A DNA stretch of 64,000 bases from Candidatus Sericytochromatia bacterium (lineage in GTDB: Bacteria; Cyanobacteriota; Sericytochromatia; S15B-MN24; JAQBPE01), in NCBI GenBank assembly GCA_035285125.1, contig JAYKHR010000011.1, forward strand, positions 1 through 64,000, read 5' to 3'. The notes beneath the pieces are model-generated. The model was not told where the DNA came from. It did no database searches and saw only the letters and a program-made list of their open reading frames with translations. Made by a program: the position numbers and the translations under genes. Each line of letters opens with the position of its first letter. Position 1 is the first letter of the stretch. Of the stretch, positions 15,730-26,197 are shown in pieces.

Positions 15730-17520
15730 ATGATCGGGGGGATGGGCTGGCACGTGCTGTCGCTCGGCGAGCAGGCCGAGCGCGCCACCGTGAGCCGGGC
15801 GCAGATCGCCCGCATCGTTGGCTGGTTCAGGCCCTACTGGCGCGAGGCCGGGGCGATCCTCGGCGTGATCGCCTGCGCGGCCCTGCTGGGGCTGCTCTCG
15901 CCGCTGCTGCTGCGGCAGGTGCTCGACGTCGCGATCCCGGGCAAGGACGCCTGGCTGCTCGCGACGCTGGCCGTCGCGATGATGGTGCTGCCCGTGGTGA
16001 CGGGCCTGCTCGGCATCCTGGAGACCTGGCTCGACGAGCGGCTCAGCCAGGGCGTGATGCTCGACGTGCGGCGGGCCCTCTTCGAGGCCCTGCAGGCGCA
16101 GGCGATGGACTACTTCACAGCGAACCGGCCAGGCGACATCAGCTCGCGCCTCAACAACGACGTCAACGACCTCTCGGACATCTTCTCGGACACCGTCGTC
16201 GCCTTCACCAACAACGTGCTGATCCTGGGCTCGACGGCCGCCGTGATCCTGGCGATCGACTGGCGGCTCGGGCTGCTGGCGCTGGGGGTGGTGCCCCTCT
16301 TCATCCCGCCTGCCTGGTGGGTGGGCAAGCTGCGGCAACAGGTGGTGGCCGAGGCCAACCGCAAGCGCTCGGACCTGCACTCGCTCGCGCAGGACACCAT
16401 GAGCATCAATGGCTTTTTGATGCGCCGCGTGTTCGGCCACCTGCCGGAGGAGCGCGCCCGTTACACGCGCCTGGCCGAAGATTTCGGCCGCATCGCCATG
16501 CGCCGGATGCTGCTCTGGCGCTGGTTCATGCTCGTGCTGGGGCTGTTCTCGGTGCTGGGGCCCGCGATCATCTACTGGTTCGGCGGGCTGCGGGCCATCG
16601 CGGGCGAGGTCACGATCGGCACCCTGGTCGCCTTCGTGGCCTACCTGGGGCGCCTCTACGCCCCCGCGACCGCCCTCGCGACGATGCACGTCCAGGTGAT
16701 GTCGGCCTTTGCCGTCTGGGAACGCCTTTTCGAGATCCTCGATGCCGTGCCGACCGTCCGGGACGCCCCGGACGCCCGCGAGCTGCCGCCCATCGCCGGG
16801 CACCTGGTCTTCGAGGACGTCGCCTTCCGCTACCGGCCCGACGTCCCGCTGCTCGAGGGGCTCTCCTTCGAGGCCCGGCCCGGCCAGCTGGTGGCGCTGG
16901 TCGGCCCCAGCGGGGCGGGCAAGACCACCGTCTCGTACCTGGTGCCTCGCTTCGCCGACCCCTCGGCCGGCCGCATCACGCTCGATGGCCACGACCTGCG
17001 CGACGTCACGCTGGCCTCGCTCCAGGCCCAGATCGCCACCGTGACGCAGGAGCCCTTCCTGTTCCACACGACGATCCGCGAGAACCTGCTGGTGGCCCGC
17101 CCGGACGCCACCGAGGCGGAGCTGTGGGCCGCCTGCCGCGCCGCCCACATGGAGGCCGTGATCGCTGCCCTGCCGGAGGGCCTGGACACGGTGGTCGGGG
17201 AACGCGGCTACAGGCTCTCGGGGGGAGAGCGGCAGCGGCTGGCCCTCGCGCGCGTGATCCTCAAGGCCCCGCGGGTGCTGATCCTCGACGAGGCCACCTC
17301 GAGCCTGGACTCCCAGTCCGAGGCGATCATCCAGGCCGCGCTGCAGCCCCTGATGGCTGGTCGCACCACGATCGCGATCGCGCACCGCCTCTCCACCATT
17401 CAGGGCGCCGACCTGATCCTCGTGGTCGAGGCGGGGCGCATCGTGGAGCGGGGCACCCACGGCGACCTGCTGGCGCTGGGGGGCGTGTACGCGCGCCTGC
17501 ACCGCGAGCAGTTCCGCTGA
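15730..17520 (+). CDS. ABC exporter, fused TMD + ATP-binding domain (MsbA/MdlB-like)
   Basis: TM domain, GPSGAGKT, LSGGERQR, LILDEATSSLD, AHRLST. Confidence 0.95.
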   Translation: MIGGMGWHVLSLGEQAERATVSRAQIARIVGWFRPYWREAGAILGVIACAALLGLLSPLLLRQVLDVAIPGKDAWLLATLAVAMMVLPVVTGLLGILETWLDERLSQGVMLDVRRALFEALQAQAMDYFTANRPGDISSRLNNDVNDLSDIFSDTVVAFTNNVLILGSTAAVILAIDWRLGLLALGVVPLFIPPAWWVGKLRQQVVAEANRKRSDLHSLAQDTMSINGFLMRRVFGHLPEERARYTRLAEDFGRIAMRRMLLWRWFMLVLGLFSVLGPAIIYWFGGLRAIAGEVTIGTLVAFVAYLGRLYAPATALATMHVQVMSAFAVWERLFEILDAVPTVRDAPDARELPPIAGHLVFEDVAFRYRPDVPLLEGLSFEARPGQLVALVGPSGAGKTTVSYLVPRFADPSAGRITLDGHDLRDVTLASLQAQIATVTQEPFLFHTTIRENLLVARPDATEAELWAACRAAHMEAVIAALPEGLDTVVGERGYRLSGGERQRLALARVILKAPRVLILDEATSSLDSQSEAIIQAALQPLMAGRTTIAIAHRLSTIQGADLILVVEAGRIVERGTHGDLLALGGVYARLHREQFR

Positions 17521-17626
17521 GGGGCCGCGCGGGCCCGCCGCGCGCCCCCCGCGATCCGGCCGCTTGCCACCCGCCGGGCGGACGCGGGACACTGGGGCGC
17601 CCCCCATTGCCTGACCTGGTGGCCGC

Positions 17627-18790
17627 ATGACCGACAGCCTCGCCGATCCGATCACCCCCGAGCGGGACGTGCAGGTGCTGCGCGTCGACGAGGTCCCGAT
17701 GGGGGACGTCGTGCCGAGCCCGCACCAGCCCCGCAAGGCCTATGACGCCCTCGTGCTGGCGAGCCTGGTGGAGAGCATCGGGGCCGTCGGCGTGCTGCAG
17801 CGCCCGCGCGTGCGGGAGGCTGATGGCCGATACGAGCTGGTCTTCGGCCACCAGCGGGCGGAGGCCTGCCGCCAGCTTGGCTGGGAGCGCCTCCCCGTCG
17901 AGGTGATCGCCTGCTCGGACCTCACGGCCCGCCGCATGACCCTCCACGAGAACATCAAGAGCGCCCGGCTGCACCCCATCGAGCACGCCGAGGCGATCGT
18001 GAAGTTCCTCGACGCCACGTTGAGCCTCAAGCCAGGCCACGATCGCGTGCCCGGCGACGTGCCCGCGGAGCGGATCGCGTCCCTGCTGCATCACCTGACG
18101 CACGCCCCGGACGAGCCTGGCGTGCCTGACCCGGCCCGCGCCTTCGCCGCCGAGCACGAGGGCCTGATCCGGCAGGTGCTGCGCGAGATGGCGAACAAGG
18201 AGCCCAAGTCCTTCCTGAACGCCGACGTGTCCTTGCTGCAGCTGCCCGAGACCATCATCACGACCACCGTCGAGAAGGGCCTCAAGAAGGGCCACGCGCG
18301 GGCCCTCGGCCAGCTGCTCGCACGCGAGCCCAACATGTTCGACGAGGTGCTCGCGAAGGGCGTGCCCGTGCAGGCCGAGGACGCCGAGGAGGCCTGGCTC
18401 CCCCTCGAGAAGGCGCCGGCCTCGGCCATCCGGAACCTGTACCAGCCCCAACGGCGGCGGGAGTTCGGCGACGAGCCGCGCGAGGGGGCGGCGGATCGCC
18501 GCTACATCCCGATCGGCGTGCCGGGCCGCGCGGAGGCTGCGCCGGCGGCCATCGCCCGGCTCGACGACGACGAGCTGCCGCCCTGGGAAGAGGGGGACGA
18601 CGCCCTCACGCCCGTCTTCGGGCTGCCCCTCGCCTCGCTGGCCGAGGCCCACGCGGCGCTCACGACGCTCGGGGCAGGCGAGTGGGCGGCCATGATCCTG
18701 GAGTCCGGCGCGGACGCCTCGGCGGACGCGCGGCGCCAGTGGGAGGCGATCGCGCGCCTTGCGGGCGAGGTGAAGGCCCTGCTCGGTTGA
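17627..18790 (+). CDS. ParB/RepB/Spo0J family protein (orphan)
   Basis: PHQPRK, LVESI...GVLQ, YELVFGHQR, LHEN...LHPIEHA, GHARAL. Confidence 0.8.
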   Translation: MTDSLADPITPERDVQVLRVDEVPMGDVVPSPHQPRKAYDALVLASLVESIGAVGVLQRPRVREADGRYELVFGHQRAEACRQLGWERLPVEVIACSDLTARRMTLHENIKSARLHPIEHAEAIVKFLDATLSLKPGHDRVPGDVPAERIASLLHHLTHAPDEPGVPDPARAFAAEHEGLIRQVLREMANKEPKSFLNADVSLLQLPETIITTTVEKGLKKGHARALGQLLAREPNMFDEVLAKGVPVQAEDAEEAWLPLEKAPASAIRNLYQPQRRREFGDEPREGAADRRYIPIGVPGRAEAAPAAIARLDDDELPPWEEGDDALTPVFGLPLASLAEAHAALTTLGAGEWAAMILESGADASADARRQWEAIARLAGEVKALLG

Positions 18791-18928
18791 CGGCCGGCCC
18801 TGCCGGGCTGAAGGCTGGGCCCATCCGGGCTGAACGCCCGGCCGCCTGCGGGGAATAAAGGGCAGCAGGCGTCGCCATCGTCGCGTCGAGGTAGCAGCTT
18901 GTCCGTCGCCAGGCCACGCGGCGTCGTG

Positions 18929-20959
18929 GTGAAGAAGGTCCTCCCCGAGCCTGGCCGCCTGGCCTTCCTCGGGCGTTGGCGGGCGGCCGTGGGGGCCGCC
19001 CTGGCGGGCCTGGGCGCCTCCCTCGGGCGGCTCGGCCTGGTGGCCTTCGTCTGGCTCTCGGCGCTGGCCGCCTGGGTGCCGCTGGCGCCGCGGCTTCCCT
19101 CGGCGGCGCGCGCCACGGCCTGGCAGCTGGCCGCCAACGAGGGCGTGGCCCGGGGCCTCGTGTTCGGGCAAGACCTCGTGCTCACGGTGGGGCCCTTCGC
19201 CGCGGCCTTCAGCCACCTGTACCACCCCGCGACGGACCTGCTCGCGCTCGTCGGCGGCCTGCTGCTCGCGGCCGGCACGGCAGCCCCGCTGCTGGCGCTC
19301 ACCGAGGGCGTGGCGCTGGCTTCGGCCGTGCCGCTGTGCCTGCTCGTCACGGGCCTGGTGGCGGGGCGGGACGCCCTGCTGCTGGCGCTGCCCCTCCTCG
19401 TCGGGCTGCTGGGCCACCGGCTGTCGCTCACGCGGGGCCAGCCCGCGGCGCTCGCGCCCACGCCAGGCCGGCAGCTGGCCTTTGCCGTGGGCTGCCTCGT
19501 GCTGTGGCTGCTGCCGCTGGTGAAGCTGTGGACCCTGCCCCTCGTGCTCGGCGTCTCCGTGTGTCTGGTGGCGCACCTGGCGCAGGTCCGGCGGCGCGGG
19601 CTGGCGGCTGCCGTGCTGCTCGGCCCCGGGGCGCTGCCCGTCCTCTGGGGCGTGGCCGGGCAGCCGCTGGACGCCCTCCCCGACTACCTCCTCACGGCCT
19701 GGCGCGTGATGGCGGGGTACGCGACCGGGATGGCCGTCTCGGGCCCGGCGGGCGAGATCGCCGTTTACCTCGGGGTGGGGGCCCTGTTGCTCACCACGGC
19801 CCGGCGCACCGTGCCGGAGGCCAAGGATGCGCGCCTGTTCCTGACGCTCGCCTACGGCCTGACGCTGGCCGTGGGCCTGAAGGCCGGGTTCGTGCGCCAC
19901 GACGACCATGCCCTCGTCGCGGCGGCCCTGTTGCTCGTGCTGGCCGCCACGCTCCCGATGCTCGGGGCGCGGGCCGTGGCTGTGCCCGTGCTGGCGAGCG
20001 TCCTGGGCTGGGCCTACGTCGAGCACCGGCACACGCCCACGACCACCCGCAGCCTCGTGCAGGGCTGGGGCGAGCGCTACGGCGGCCTGTACGCGGGCCT
20101 GCAGGCGCGGGGCCGCGGCCCGGCCCAGCTGCATGACGACTACAGCCGGGCCCTGGCGGCCTTGCAGGGCCCCAGGCCCTCCGAGGTGGGCGATCGCAGC
20201 CGGGACGGCTACCCGTCCGAGCCCCAGACCCTGATCGGCCCGGCGGGCACCTGGAAGCCTCGGCCGATGCTGTTCGGCCCCGGCGTCTACGACGCGGCGT
20301 TTGCCCGCGCGAACGCCGCGCACCTCGAGTCTGCCCGGGCCCCCCAGTACCTTCGCTACGCCCTGGCCCCGCGGGACGGGCACCTGCCGAGCGCCGAGGA
20401 CGGGCCCACCTGGCCGGTGTTGCTGCGGCAGTACGTGGTGGCCCAGGCGGACGAGCGGCAGCTGTGGCTCCGGCGGCGGGCGGCGCTGGAGGCCCCTTAC
20501 GAGCACGTGGTGCTGCTCGAGTCCTACTGCGCCCTCGGGGAGACCATCGAGGTGCCCCCGGGCGCCGTGGGGCCCGTGGTCGCGCAGTTCGACCTCCGCC
20601 CCACCGACGTCGGGCGCTTCCTCCAGGTGGCCTTCAAGCCCACGGCCCTCGAGCTCCAGCTCGAGCTGGAGGACGGCGTCACGGCAGCTTACCGCCTCAC
20701 GGCCGGCCAGGCCGAGGGCTCGTTCGTGCTCTCGCCGCTCATCGAGGACGTGGGCGAGCTCTCCGCGCTGTTCGACTGGGAGACCCGCCCCCAACCCCTG
20801 CGGCGGGTCAAGCGCCTCACCCTGGCGAGCCTCGGTCCCTTCCCCGGGGCCTGGGATCCTGACTACCGGCTGCGGCTCACGGCGCTCCGGCCCGCTGCCG
20901 CCACGTTCTCGGGGCGGGAACGCGGTGGCGATGGGACGCGGCCTCGGGGTGGGGTGTAG
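18929..20959 (+). CDS. polytopic membrane protein with extracytoplasmic C-terminal domain (possibly GT-C-like)
   Basis: About 10 hydrophobic segments, FGQDLVLTVGP, KAGFVRHD. The start is uncertain. Confidence 0.6.
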   Translation: MKKVLPEPGRLAFLGRWRAAVGAALAGLGASLGRLGLVAFVWLSALAAWVPLAPRLPSAARATAWQLAANEGVARGLVFGQDLVLTVGPFAAAFSHLYHPATDLLALVGGLLLAAGTAAPLLALTEGVALASAVPLCLLVTGLVAGRDALLLALPLLVGLLGHRLSLTRGQPAALAPTPGRQLAFAVGCLVLWLLPLVKLWTLPLVLGVSVCLVAHLAQVRRRGLAAAVLLGPGALPVLWGVAGQPLDALPDYLLTAWRVMAGYATGMAVSGPAGEIAVYLGVGALLLTTARRTVPEAKDARLFLTLAYGLTLAVGLKAGFVRHDDHALVAAALLLVLAATLPMLGARAVAVPVLASVLGWAYVEHRHTPTTTRSLVQGWGERYGGLYAGLQARGRGPAQLHDDYSRALAALQGPRPSEVGDRSRDGYPSEPQTLIGPAGTWKPRPMLFGPGVYDAAFARANAAHLESARAPQYLRYALAPRDGHLPSAEDGPTWPVLLRQYVVAQADERQLWLRRRAALEAPYEHVVLLESYCALGETIEVPPGAVGPVVAQFDLRPTDVGRFLQVAFKPTALELQLELEDGVTAAYRLTAGQAEGSFVLSPLIEDVGELSALFDWETRPQPLRRVKRLTLASLGPFPGAWDPDYRLRLTALRPAAATFSGRERGGDGTRPRGGV

Positions 20960-20988
20960 AATGTCGTCGTGTTGACGGAGGTCTTCCC

Positions 20989-22251
20989 GTGGCCACTCCC
21001 CTGACCCGTGACGTTGTCGCCGCTGCCTGCCGGGCCCTCCTGGCCGGCGCCGTGCTCTCGGCACCCGCCTGGGCCACGAGCCCCGAGCCGCCCGCCGCTG
21101 CGGCCTCGCCGGCCCCCGTGCCGGCTGCGAGCGCCGGGCGCCCCGACCTGCTTGCCGACCTGGCCCCCGGCCTGACGGCGCGCACCCTCATCCGGGCGGG
21201 AGACCCCCTGGCCGATGGCTCACGCTTCGCCCCGAAGAACGACCTGACGGCCTACATTCCGCTGAACGCGCGGGAGGGCTACCTGATGGTCGGCCACGAG
21301 CTGCGCTGGGGCAAGGACGCGCTCGGGGGGCGCCTCACGCGCCTCTTCATGCGCGACGGGGAGGTCGTGAGCGGGCGGCTTTGGGCATCCGGCATGCACA
21401 ACAACTGCGCGGGCACGCTGACACCTTGGAAGACCATCCTGACGTGCGAGGAGTACCCCCACGACGTTTACCCGGGGGAGACGGGTGAGGCCCGCAAGCA
21501 GGCCTACCTGCGGCAGCGCCTCTCGCCGCGCCACCCGCTGGCCTCATGGGGCTGGGTGTACGAGGTCGACCCGACGGGCGGCACCCCCGCCGGCCAGGTG
21601 GCGCGCCGCACGGCGCTCGGACGCTTCAGCCATGAGAGCGCGGCGGTGTATGACGCCCGCGAGGTCTACCTCACGGAGGACTTTGATCCTGGCTTCCTCT
21701 ACAAGTTCGTGGCGGATCGCCCCCGCGACCTCAGCACGGGACGCCTCTTCGCCTACGTCCGCAAGGAGGCCCGTTGGGTCCCCATCATCGACACCCTCAA
21801 CGCTCACCAGGCGGCGGCGGTGGCGGGCGCGACGCCCTTCGTGCGGCTCGAGGACGTGCAGGTCGGCCCCGACCGGGCGCTGTACATCGCCGAGACGGGC
21901 CACCCGGACCGCAACGACCCCTACGGCCGCGTGCTGCGGCTCGATCCCCGCACCAACCGGATGACGGTCCACGTGGAGGGAGACGGCAGCCGCCTCGCGC
22001 AGCCCGACAACCTGTCGTTCGACCGGCAAGGCAATCTCTACGTGTGCGAGGACCAGTACGAGCAGAACCTCGAGGCCTTCGGCGGCAACGAGTTCCTGCG
22101 GCTCGACCGGCGCGGGCGCTGGGCCCGGCTCGCGACGTTCCCGCGCGGGGCGGAGCCCTCGGGGCCGTCCTGGACGCCTGACGGCAAGCGCCTGTTCCTG
22201 AGCGTGCTGTGGGGCGATCGCAGCGGCATCCTGGAGGTGCGGGGCCTGTAG
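20989..22251 (+). CDS. PhoX-like alkaline phosphatase (DUF839)
   Basis: NNCAG, TPWKTILTCEE, GWVYEVDP, ALGRFSHE, YLTED, PDNL, CED, GAEPSGP; N-terminal signal peptide. Confidence 0.85.
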   Translation: MATPLTRDVVAAACRALLAGAVLSAPAWATSPEPPAAAASPAPVPAASAGRPDLLADLAPGLTARTLIRAGDPLADGSRFAPKNDLTAYIPLNAREGYLMVGHELRWGKDALGGRLTRLFMRDGEVVSGRLWASGMHNNCAGTLTPWKTILTCEEYPHDVYPGETGEARKQAYLRQRLSPRHPLASWGWVYEVDPTGGTPAGQVARRTALGRFSHESAAVYDAREVYLTEDFDPGFLYKFVADRPRDLSTGRLFAYVRKEARWVPIIDTLNAHQAAAVAGATPFVRLEDVQVGPDRALYIAETGHPDRNDPYGRVLRLDPRTNRMTVHVEGDGSRLAQPDNLSFDRQGNLYVCEDQYEQNLEAFGGNEFLRLDRRGRWARLATFPRGAEPSGPSWTPDGKRLFLSVLWGDRSGILEVRGL

Positions 22252-22255
22252 CCCC

Positions 22256-22879
22256 TCACCGGATGTTGGTGCCGATGGCGACCACGAGGCCGGCCGAGCC
22301 GCGCTTGCCGGCCCCGTAAAGCACGAACTGCGAGCGGTTGGCCTGGTAGAGGATCGCGCCGTAGGTCACGTTGGTGGCGTTGGCCGTGAAGGTCTGGCCG
22401 CCGGTGCCGGAGGTCGGCGCCGCCCCGCGACCCCAGCTGGCCGGCGCAAGGGGCACCGCCACGGGCCGGGTCAGCGACCGCGCTGTCGCCAGGGTCCAGA
22501 CGCCGATGGTGTTGCTGTCGAAGGTCGGCGCCAGGTCGTTGATCTGGTACACCTGGGGCCGCCAGGGGCACGGGGGAAGCCTGTCACCCTTCACGTAGTT
22601 CCGGTTCAGCAGCGGGTTCAGCAGGACCTCGGGGTCCTCCCGCTCGTTGCTCGTGTTGCGGCTGATGAAGGTGGGGTACTTGTCGTAGTCGGCGTGGTAG
22701 GCCTGCAGGCCCAGCTCCACCTGACGCACGTTGCTCTCGGCCTGCCCGTTGTTCGAGCGGTCCTTCGCGCCGTTGAGGCCCCGCGCCGAGATCGCCACCA
22801 GCACGCTGATCAGGGCAGCTGCCAGAAGGATCTCGACCAGGGTGAGGCCGCTGCGGGCGCTGAGCCGGGTGTCTGTCAT
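22256..22879 (-). CDS. prepilin-type N-terminal cleavage/methylation domain protein (pseudopilin-like)
   Basis: RSG^LTLVEILLAAALISVLVAI class III signal; NVRQVELGLQAYHADYDKYP. Confidence 0.85.
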   Translation of the reverse strand: MTDTRLSARSGLTLVEILLAAALISVLVAISARGLNGAKDRSNNGQAESNVRQVELGLQAYHADYDKYPTFISRNTSNEREDPEVLLNPLLNRNYVKGDRLPPCPWRPQVYQINDLAPTFDSNTIGVWTLATARSLTRPVAVPLAPASWGRGAAPTSGTGGQTFTANATNVTYGAILYQANRSQFVLYGAGKRGSAGLVVAIGTNIR

Positions 22880-23048
22880 CGTCGGCGGGAACCCTCCACG
22901 TCCTCTATACCCGGTCCGGATGGCCTGTCGGGGGCGCCGGCAGGCGTGGATTACTTGGTGTTTTTTTAGGGTTTTAATAAACGTTGCTTAAGAATAAGTG
23001 CGGCCCCATCGGCGATAATTTCCCCGTCGCCCCCAGGAGCCTGCCCGC

Positions 23049-23837
23049 ATGAAGAGCCGCCCCCTCACCGCCCTCTTGCTCACCGCCCTGACCCTCACGG
23101 CCTGCGGCCAGGTGAACCCGGCTCGGCCGGCGCGGGCCCTCGGGGGCAACCCCGCCGGTGGGAGCCGCCTCCCCGTGGCGGCCCCCGTCAGCGGGTTGGT
23201 GGAGGGGGCCGCGCCCACCGGCACTGCCTCGTCGGACCCTCGCGCGTCGGCCGTGCTGGCGGCCGTCGCCCAGATGCGCCAGCAGGCCCGCGCATCCGAC
23301 ATGCGCATCACGCTCACCTGCCAGAAGGACGGAGGCAAGACCACGCGCTCCCGCACCCACCTCAAGTTCCGGGCGCCCAGCCACGTGATGCTGGAGGTGT
23401 TGGAGTCCAGCACCCCCAAGGTGGCGGGGACCCGCCTGCTCTGGAAGGGGGGCAGCCAGGTCACGGTGAAGACGCAGTTCGTGGGCTTCTGGGTCACGGT
23501 GCCCCTCGACGTGTCGGACGAGCGGGTGCGGGACGACCGGGGCTACTCGCTCGAGCAGACCTCGATCCCCCGCACGCTGGACACCCTGCTGCACCCGCAG
23601 GCCGTCGTCACCTGGCGCGCGGAGGCGCAGCAGGGTGGCCGATTGATGGACGTGCTAGACGTCGTCTCGCCCGGGCGCCTCGCGCCCACCACGCGGGAGG
23701 TCTACGGCATCGACCGTGCCACGCGGACCCCCATCCTGCGCGAGATGTACCAGGGGGACCGGGTGATCCACCGGATGCAGGTGGATCAGGTCACCGTCAA
23801 CCCGACCTTCACGGCGCGGGACTTCACGCTGGAGTGA
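23049..23837 (+). CDS. lipoprotein, LolA-like fold; paralogue of 292-1056
   Basis: LTAC lipobox and AGGAG RBS; aligns with 292-1056. Confidence 0.7.
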   Translation: MKSRPLTALLLTALTLTACGQVNPARPARALGGNPAGGSRLPVAAPVSGLVEGAAPTGTASSDPRASAVLAAVAQMRQQARASDMRITLTCQKDGGKTTRSRTHLKFRAPSHVMLEVLESSTPKVAGTRLLWKGGSQVTVKTQFVGFWVTVPLDVSDERVRDDRGYSLEQTSIPRTLDTLLHPQAVVTWRAEAQQGGRLMDVLDVVSPGRLAPTTREVYGIDRATRTPILREMYQGDRVIHRMQVDQVTVNPTFTARDFTLE

Positions 23838-23894
23838 TAGCGGCGATCAGGGCCGGCGACGCTGACCTGGCTCGTTTGACCGTCGCCAGGAGGC

Positions 23895-24680
23895 TCAGCG
23901 CAGCGCGCCGTCGTAGAGGAACCGCAGCGCCTTGGGGGCCCGGCGCCGCCAGGCGCGCTCGTTGTGAGCGCCGCGCTGGTCCGGCCGCCACATGAGCTGC
24001 CGCGCCTCGGGCGACAGGCCCCGCGCCGCCAGCACCGCTGCGAACCTCGCCGCGTCGCGCAGCGCCTGCCCGCCCATCTCGCGCCCGCCCGCGTCAAGGT
24101 AGACCCGGGCCTCCGGGTGCAGGCGGGCGTGCGCGGCCATCCGCCGCAGCCCCTCGCGGTGGACCCACAGCGATGGGGACATCGCCAGCACCCGGCCAAA
24201 CACCTCGGGGTGCCGCAGCCAGCCGTACAGGGCCGCCAGCCCCCCCAGCGACGAGCCCCCGAGGAGGGTGTGCGCGGGGCCCGGCAGCACCCGCAGGTCC
24301 TCGTGGACGAAGCGGTGCAGCGTCCCCACGATCCAGTCCAGCAGCGCATCGGCCCGGCCGTGGTGGCCCCGCCCGACGCCCCAGGGGGCCAGGTCCTCGA
24401 GCCGATGCGCGCCGCCGTGGTGGATGCCGACCACGATCGGCACGGGCTTGCCCTTCGCAGCCCGCTCGTCGAGCAGCGTGTGCAGGTGCCAGCCCCCCGA
24501 GAAGCTCCCGGCGTCGCCGAACAGGTTCTGGCCGTCGAACATGTAGGCCACGGGGTAGCGCGCCCCGCCGTCGCGGTGGTAGCCCGGCGGCAGGTACACC
24601 GTGCAGGCCCGCAAGCCGTGAAGCCCAGGGACCACGTAGGCCCGGGTGTGGTGCAGGTGGCCTCGGGGGTGGGGGGGCAT
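23895..24680 (-). CDS. alpha/beta-hydrolase esterase (IroE/Fes-like)
   Basis: VYLPPGY, YPVAYMFDGQN, GSSLGG, AHNERAW. Confidence 0.9.
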   Translation of the reverse strand: MPPHPRGHLHHTRAYVVPGLHGLRACTVYLPPGYHRDGGARYPVAYMFDGQNLFGDAGSFSGGWHLHTLLDERAAKGKPVPIVVGIHHGGAHRLEDLAPWGVGRGHHGRADALLDWIVGTLHRFVHEDLRVLPGPAHTLLGGSSLGGLAALYGWLRHPEVFGRVLAMSPSLWVHREGLRRMAAHARLHPEARVYLDAGGREMGGQALRDAARFAAVLAARGLSPEARQLMWRPDQRGAHNERAWRRRAPKALRFLYDGALR

Positions 24681-26029
24681 CAGGAGGCCTCGGGCGCGGC
24701 CGCGGGCAGCTCGACGTGGAAGGTGGCCCCCCGCCCCGGCGTGCTCTCGGCCCAGAGCCTGCCGCGATGGCCATCCTCGACGATCAGGCGCGAAAGCGCC
24801 AGGCCGAGGCCGAGGCCGCGGCGGCTGCCGGCTCCCCGGTAGAAGCGCTGGAACACGAGGGAGAGCTCCTCAGGCCGCAGCCCCGGGCCGCTGTCACGCA
24901 CCGAGAGACGCGCCAGGCCGGGGGCGGCGACCACCTCCATCGTCACGTGGCCTCCCGCCGGCGTGAACTTCAGGGCGTTGCTCAGCAGGTTCGTGACCAC
25001 CTGCCCCATGCGCTCCTGGTCGAGCGTGCAGGTCAGCGGCGCCTCGCCCTCCACGGCCAGGCTGACGTTCGCCTGCTCGAACAGCGGGCGCATGCCGGCG
25101 GCCACCTCGACGGCGAGCTCCCTCAGCGAGGCCACCTCCATGTCGTAGGCCACCTGCCCGTGCTCGTGCTGAGCCAGGTCCAGGAGCCTGTCGAGGAAGT
25201 GGCTGAGGCGGTCCGTGGCCGTCACCAGGTCGGCGGCCAGCGCCTGGCGGGCCTCCTCGCCATCCTCGTTCAGGCTGTCCTTCAGCATCCAGGCCGAGAC
25301 CTTCAAGATCGTCAGCGGCGTGCGCAGCTCGTGGCTCACGGTGGCCACCACGTCGGTGGCGAACCGCTCCTGCCGGGTGCGGCCGGACTCGCTGTCACGC
25401 AGCAGGGCACCGGCCCGCGCCACCAGCAGCCAGGCCAGCCCGAGCCCCACGGCCGCGTGGAGCGCCCCGCCCACCAGGCCCCACAGCCAGACCAGCTTGG
25501 CGGGTGCCAGGGCCAGCACCGTCACGGGCCACAGCCCGTCGAGCGCGAAGCCTGCCGCCAACGCCCTGGCCGCGAGGCCGTCCAGCGCCTCGGTGCCGCG
25601 CCACAGGCTCACCGTCACCGCCGCGTAGGCCCCGGCCAGCAGCAGCAGGAGGGGCAAGGTGGCCTGCAGCGGGTCCACCGCCATCGCGACGCTCACGAAC
25701 CCGGCCAGGCAGGCCGCAACGCCGAGGACCAGCAGGGGGGCGTCGGGCGGCCTGCGGCCCGTCAGGTGGGCCGGGAGTCGCAGCAGCGAGATGGCCCCCG
25801 CCGCCGTGAACACCACGGTGCCCAGCAGCCACCAGCGCGGCCCGGCCCACGTGAGCACGCCGCTTCCGGCCCCCAGCGCGAGCGTGGCGTAGGCCCTGAT
25901 CCAGTCGTCGAAGTAGGGCGCTGCGATCGAGCGGCGCAGCGGCACGAAAAACGCGAGCGGCGCCGCGTAGCCCAGCGCATATGCGGCGAGCCCGACGAGC
26001 TCGAGGGGGATGGAGTTGCCGTCTGTCAA
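24680..26029 (-). CDS. membrane sensor histidine kinase
   Basis: TM region, SHELRTPL, QVVTNLLSNALKFT, VRDSGPG, GLGLGL. The start is approximate (TTG after GGAGG). Confidence 0.92.
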   Translation of the reverse strand: MTDGNSIPLELVGLAAYALGYAAPLAFFVPLRRSIAAPYFDDWIRAYATLALGAGSGVLTWAGPRWWLLGTVVFTAAGAISLLRLPAHLTGRRPPDAPLLVLGVAACLAGFVSVAMAVDPLQATLPLLLLLAGAYAAVTVSLWRGTEALDGLAARALAAGFALDGLWPVTVLALAPAKLVWLWGLVGGALHAAVGLGLAWLLVARAGALLRDSESGRTRQERFATDVVATVSHELRTPLTILKVSAWMLKDSLNEDGEEARQALAADLVTATDRLSHFLDRLLDLAQHEHGQVAYDMEVASLRELAVEVAAGMRPLFEQANVSLAVEGEAPLTCTLDQERMGQVVTNLLSNALKFTPAGGHVTMEVVAAPGLARLSVRDSGPGLRPEELSLVFQRFYRGAGSRRGLGLGLALSRLIVEDGHRGRLWAESTPGRGATFHVELPAAAPEAS

Positions 26030-26197
26030 CACGCCTCCCCAGTCTAAAGGCAGCGGGCGAGTGCGGGCAACCACACGACTGGCGGGGCCCCGCCGCCGAC
26101 CAGCCCGCCGTTGACCCCGGCGCCACGCGGGCCATGATGGGAGCACCGCGAGAGCCTTGCAGCGAGCGCTCTTGGGACTGGGAGGGGGACGAAGACG

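Noticed and set aside
17627..18790. ParB as evidence of a plasmid or replication origin
   Set aside because: No parA, rep, dnaA or recognisable parS palindrome; the surrounding genes are chromosomal.
17327..21064. 1245-aa minus-strand ORF
   Set aside because: Antisense shadow of the ABC, ParB and membrane genes, with no domain signal.
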